The translations under genes were made by a program, and so were the position numbers. Below are positions 62,818-64,000 of a DNA stretch of 64,000 nt, in pieces. The notes below the pieces were generated by a model. It did no database searches. It was not told the DNA's origin and worked only from the letters and a program-made list of their open reading frames with translations. The DNA comes from Desulfobaccales bacterium (GTDB lineage: Bacteria > Desulfobacterota > Desulfobaccia > Desulfobaccales > 0-14-0-80-60-11), in the NCBI GenBank assembly GCA_052326585.1, contig JBKQLU010000044.1, forward strand, positions 92,682 to 156,681. Direction: 5' to 3'. Position 1 is the stretch's first letter. The number at the start of each line of letters is the position of its first letter.

Positions 62818-64000
62818 TCAGGTTAGGATCCATCTAAGCCAGGGATATCCGATAAAAAAGAGGGCAGCCAGGTATATCGCTCCGAATATCAGTCCAAGCC
62901 GCCAATAATCCGTTCCAGGCAGATAACCGCTGCCGTAGTACAGGGGTGAGGCGCCGGTACCGTAAGGGGTGAGGATTCCCATAATGCCTAGAGAATAGCA
63001 TAACATCATGGTGAACAGCTTTACCGGCATACCCGGGACGGCTATGGCGGCCGCGAGAAATACCGGCATCAAGGCCACCGTATGCGCGGTGACGCTGGCG
63101 AACATGTAATGTGCGGCGTAGAAGATCAAAATGAGCAGGAAAATCATGAGCGTCACGGGCAATTCCTTTATGGATCCGGAAGCGAGCCTGGCAAACCAGT
63201 CCAGGAATTTTACTATGCTCAATCCGTCAGCCAGCGCTACCAGCGTGGCAAACCAGACGAGCACGCTCCAGGCCTGTTTATTGCCGATCACATCATCCCA
63301 GGTAAGCACCCCGGAAAGCAGCATGGCGCATAAAATAATGAGCCCTGTCATGGTCTCATTTATCTTCAAGGCATTGGCGAGTATCCAGAGGGCGAGCGCG
63401 GCAACGACCAGCAGCACCATTATCACTTCCCTTCGCGTTATACCGCCCATTTTCGACAACTCGCGGGCAGCCCACGCCGGCACTTCTTCACTGTCCTTTA
63501 TGCGCGGCGGGTATATCTTGTAAATCAGATACGGAGTCGCGGCAAAAAGAAAGAGGCCCGCCGGCAGCATGCCTATGAACCAGCCAGCCCAGGATATGCT
63601 CAGCCCGGATATTTTTGCGGCAATGGCGATGGCCAGCAGATTCGGCGCATGCGCAGTGAGGAACAGCGAACTGTTGATGCAGGTGGCGGCGGGGGCCGTC
63701 CACATGATATATGAACCGATTTGACGCGCGGTTTCGCCCGGCTGCGACCCATAAATGGGGGGAATGTTCCGGACTATCGGAAAGATTATCCCGCCGCTGC
63801 GTGCCGTGCTCGACGGGGTAAAGGGCGCAACTATCAAGTCTGCAATTGCTACGGCGTAACCGAGGCCGAGGGTTTTTTTCCCGAGGGCTTTCACCAGGAC
63901 TAAAGAAATCCGGCGCCCCAGACCGGTTTTCTCGTACGCCTTGCCGAACATGAAGGCTACGAAGATAAGCCAGACTATCGCATTGGAAAAACCGGAAAGG
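62818..64000 (-). CDS. DASS-family (SLC13-like) anion:sodium symporter, N-terminus beyond window
   Basis: GLGRRISLVLVKALGKKTLGLGYAV, APFTPSSTARSGGIIFPI hairpin motif, and many TM segments. The frame stays open to base 64000. Confidence 0.8.
   Translation of the reverse strand, partial: LSGFSNAIVWLIFVAFMFGKAYEKTGLGRRISLVLVKALGKKTLGLGYAVAIADLIVAPFTPSSTARSGGIIFPIVRNIPPIYGSQPGETARQIGSYIMWTAPAATCINSSLFLTAHAPNLLAIAIAAKISGLSISWAGWFIGMLPAGLFLFAATPYLIYKIYPPRIKDSEEVPAWAARELSKMGGITRREVIMVLLVVAALALWILANALKINETMTGLIILCAMLLSGVLTWDDVIGNKQAWSVLVWFATLVALADGLSIVKFLDWFARLASGSIKELPVTLMIFLLILIFYAAHYMFASVTAHTVALMPVFLAAAIAVPGMPVKLFTMMLCYSLGIMGILTPYGTGASPLYYGSGYLPGTDYWRLGLIFGAIYLAALFFIGYPWLRWILT

Larger units (their letters stand above)
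26129..64000. mobile_element. Putative tRNA-Pro-adjacent genomic island (right end beyond window)
   Basis: There is an abrupt, visible shift to AT-richer sequence and different codon usage immediately 3' of tRNA-Pro(GGG). Two degraded transposase fragments lie inside (27782-27967, 61405-61650), and the gene content is accessory. No integrase or tRNA-derived direct repeat was found. Confidence 0.45.

Overview
The window has two parts that differ visibly in composition. I did not compute GC content. Bases 1-26.1 kb are a GC-rich housekeeping backbone of a Gram-negative chromosome, possibly Desulfobacterota-like, though that taxon guess is inference only. It carries a GT4 glycosyltransferase, rph-rdgB-tRNA-Pro(TGG), mutL-miaA, a peptide ABC permease pair, tsaE-CBS-nnr, hisHF, rpoH, TPR and LolB-like lipoproteins, a Mut7-C RNase-domain protein, mogA-MOSC and an EF-G paralogue. 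Its intergenic regions hold several short palindromic repeat families and one MITE-like element. From tRNA-Pro(GGG) at 26052-26128 to the window end the DNA is AT-richer and reads as an accessory island with two degraded transposase fragments. The island opens with a sigma70-like promoter, a GEMM-I (c-di-GMP class) riboswitch and a terminator, placed upstream of a PEP-CTERM/DUF4114 secreted protein. A roughly 31 kb same-strand gene train follows (28299-59659). It encodes a sulfotransferase, APS kinase (cysC), two iterative-type PKS megasynthases (tandem ER-KS-AT-ACP-KR-DH, and KS-AT-ACP-DH-PPTase) and a free ACP. It continues with an alkaline-phosphatase-superfamily enzyme, an alpha/beta-hydrolase fused to PilZ, a beta-propeller-methyltransferase fusion, two more methyltransferases, two SDRs, a secreted esterase and a TPR-PilZ protein. 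It ends with a degenerate-M50/HlyD adaptor fusion, TolC and a lipoprotein. On the opposite strand are a TauE/SafE exporter, a second sulfotransferase and a DASS anion symporter. The main candidate for an undescribed system is this c-di-GMP-wired (one riboswitch plus two PilZ domains) polyketide-lipid island for synthesis, sulfation, methylation and export. All calls come from reading motifs by eye; no database search was possible.
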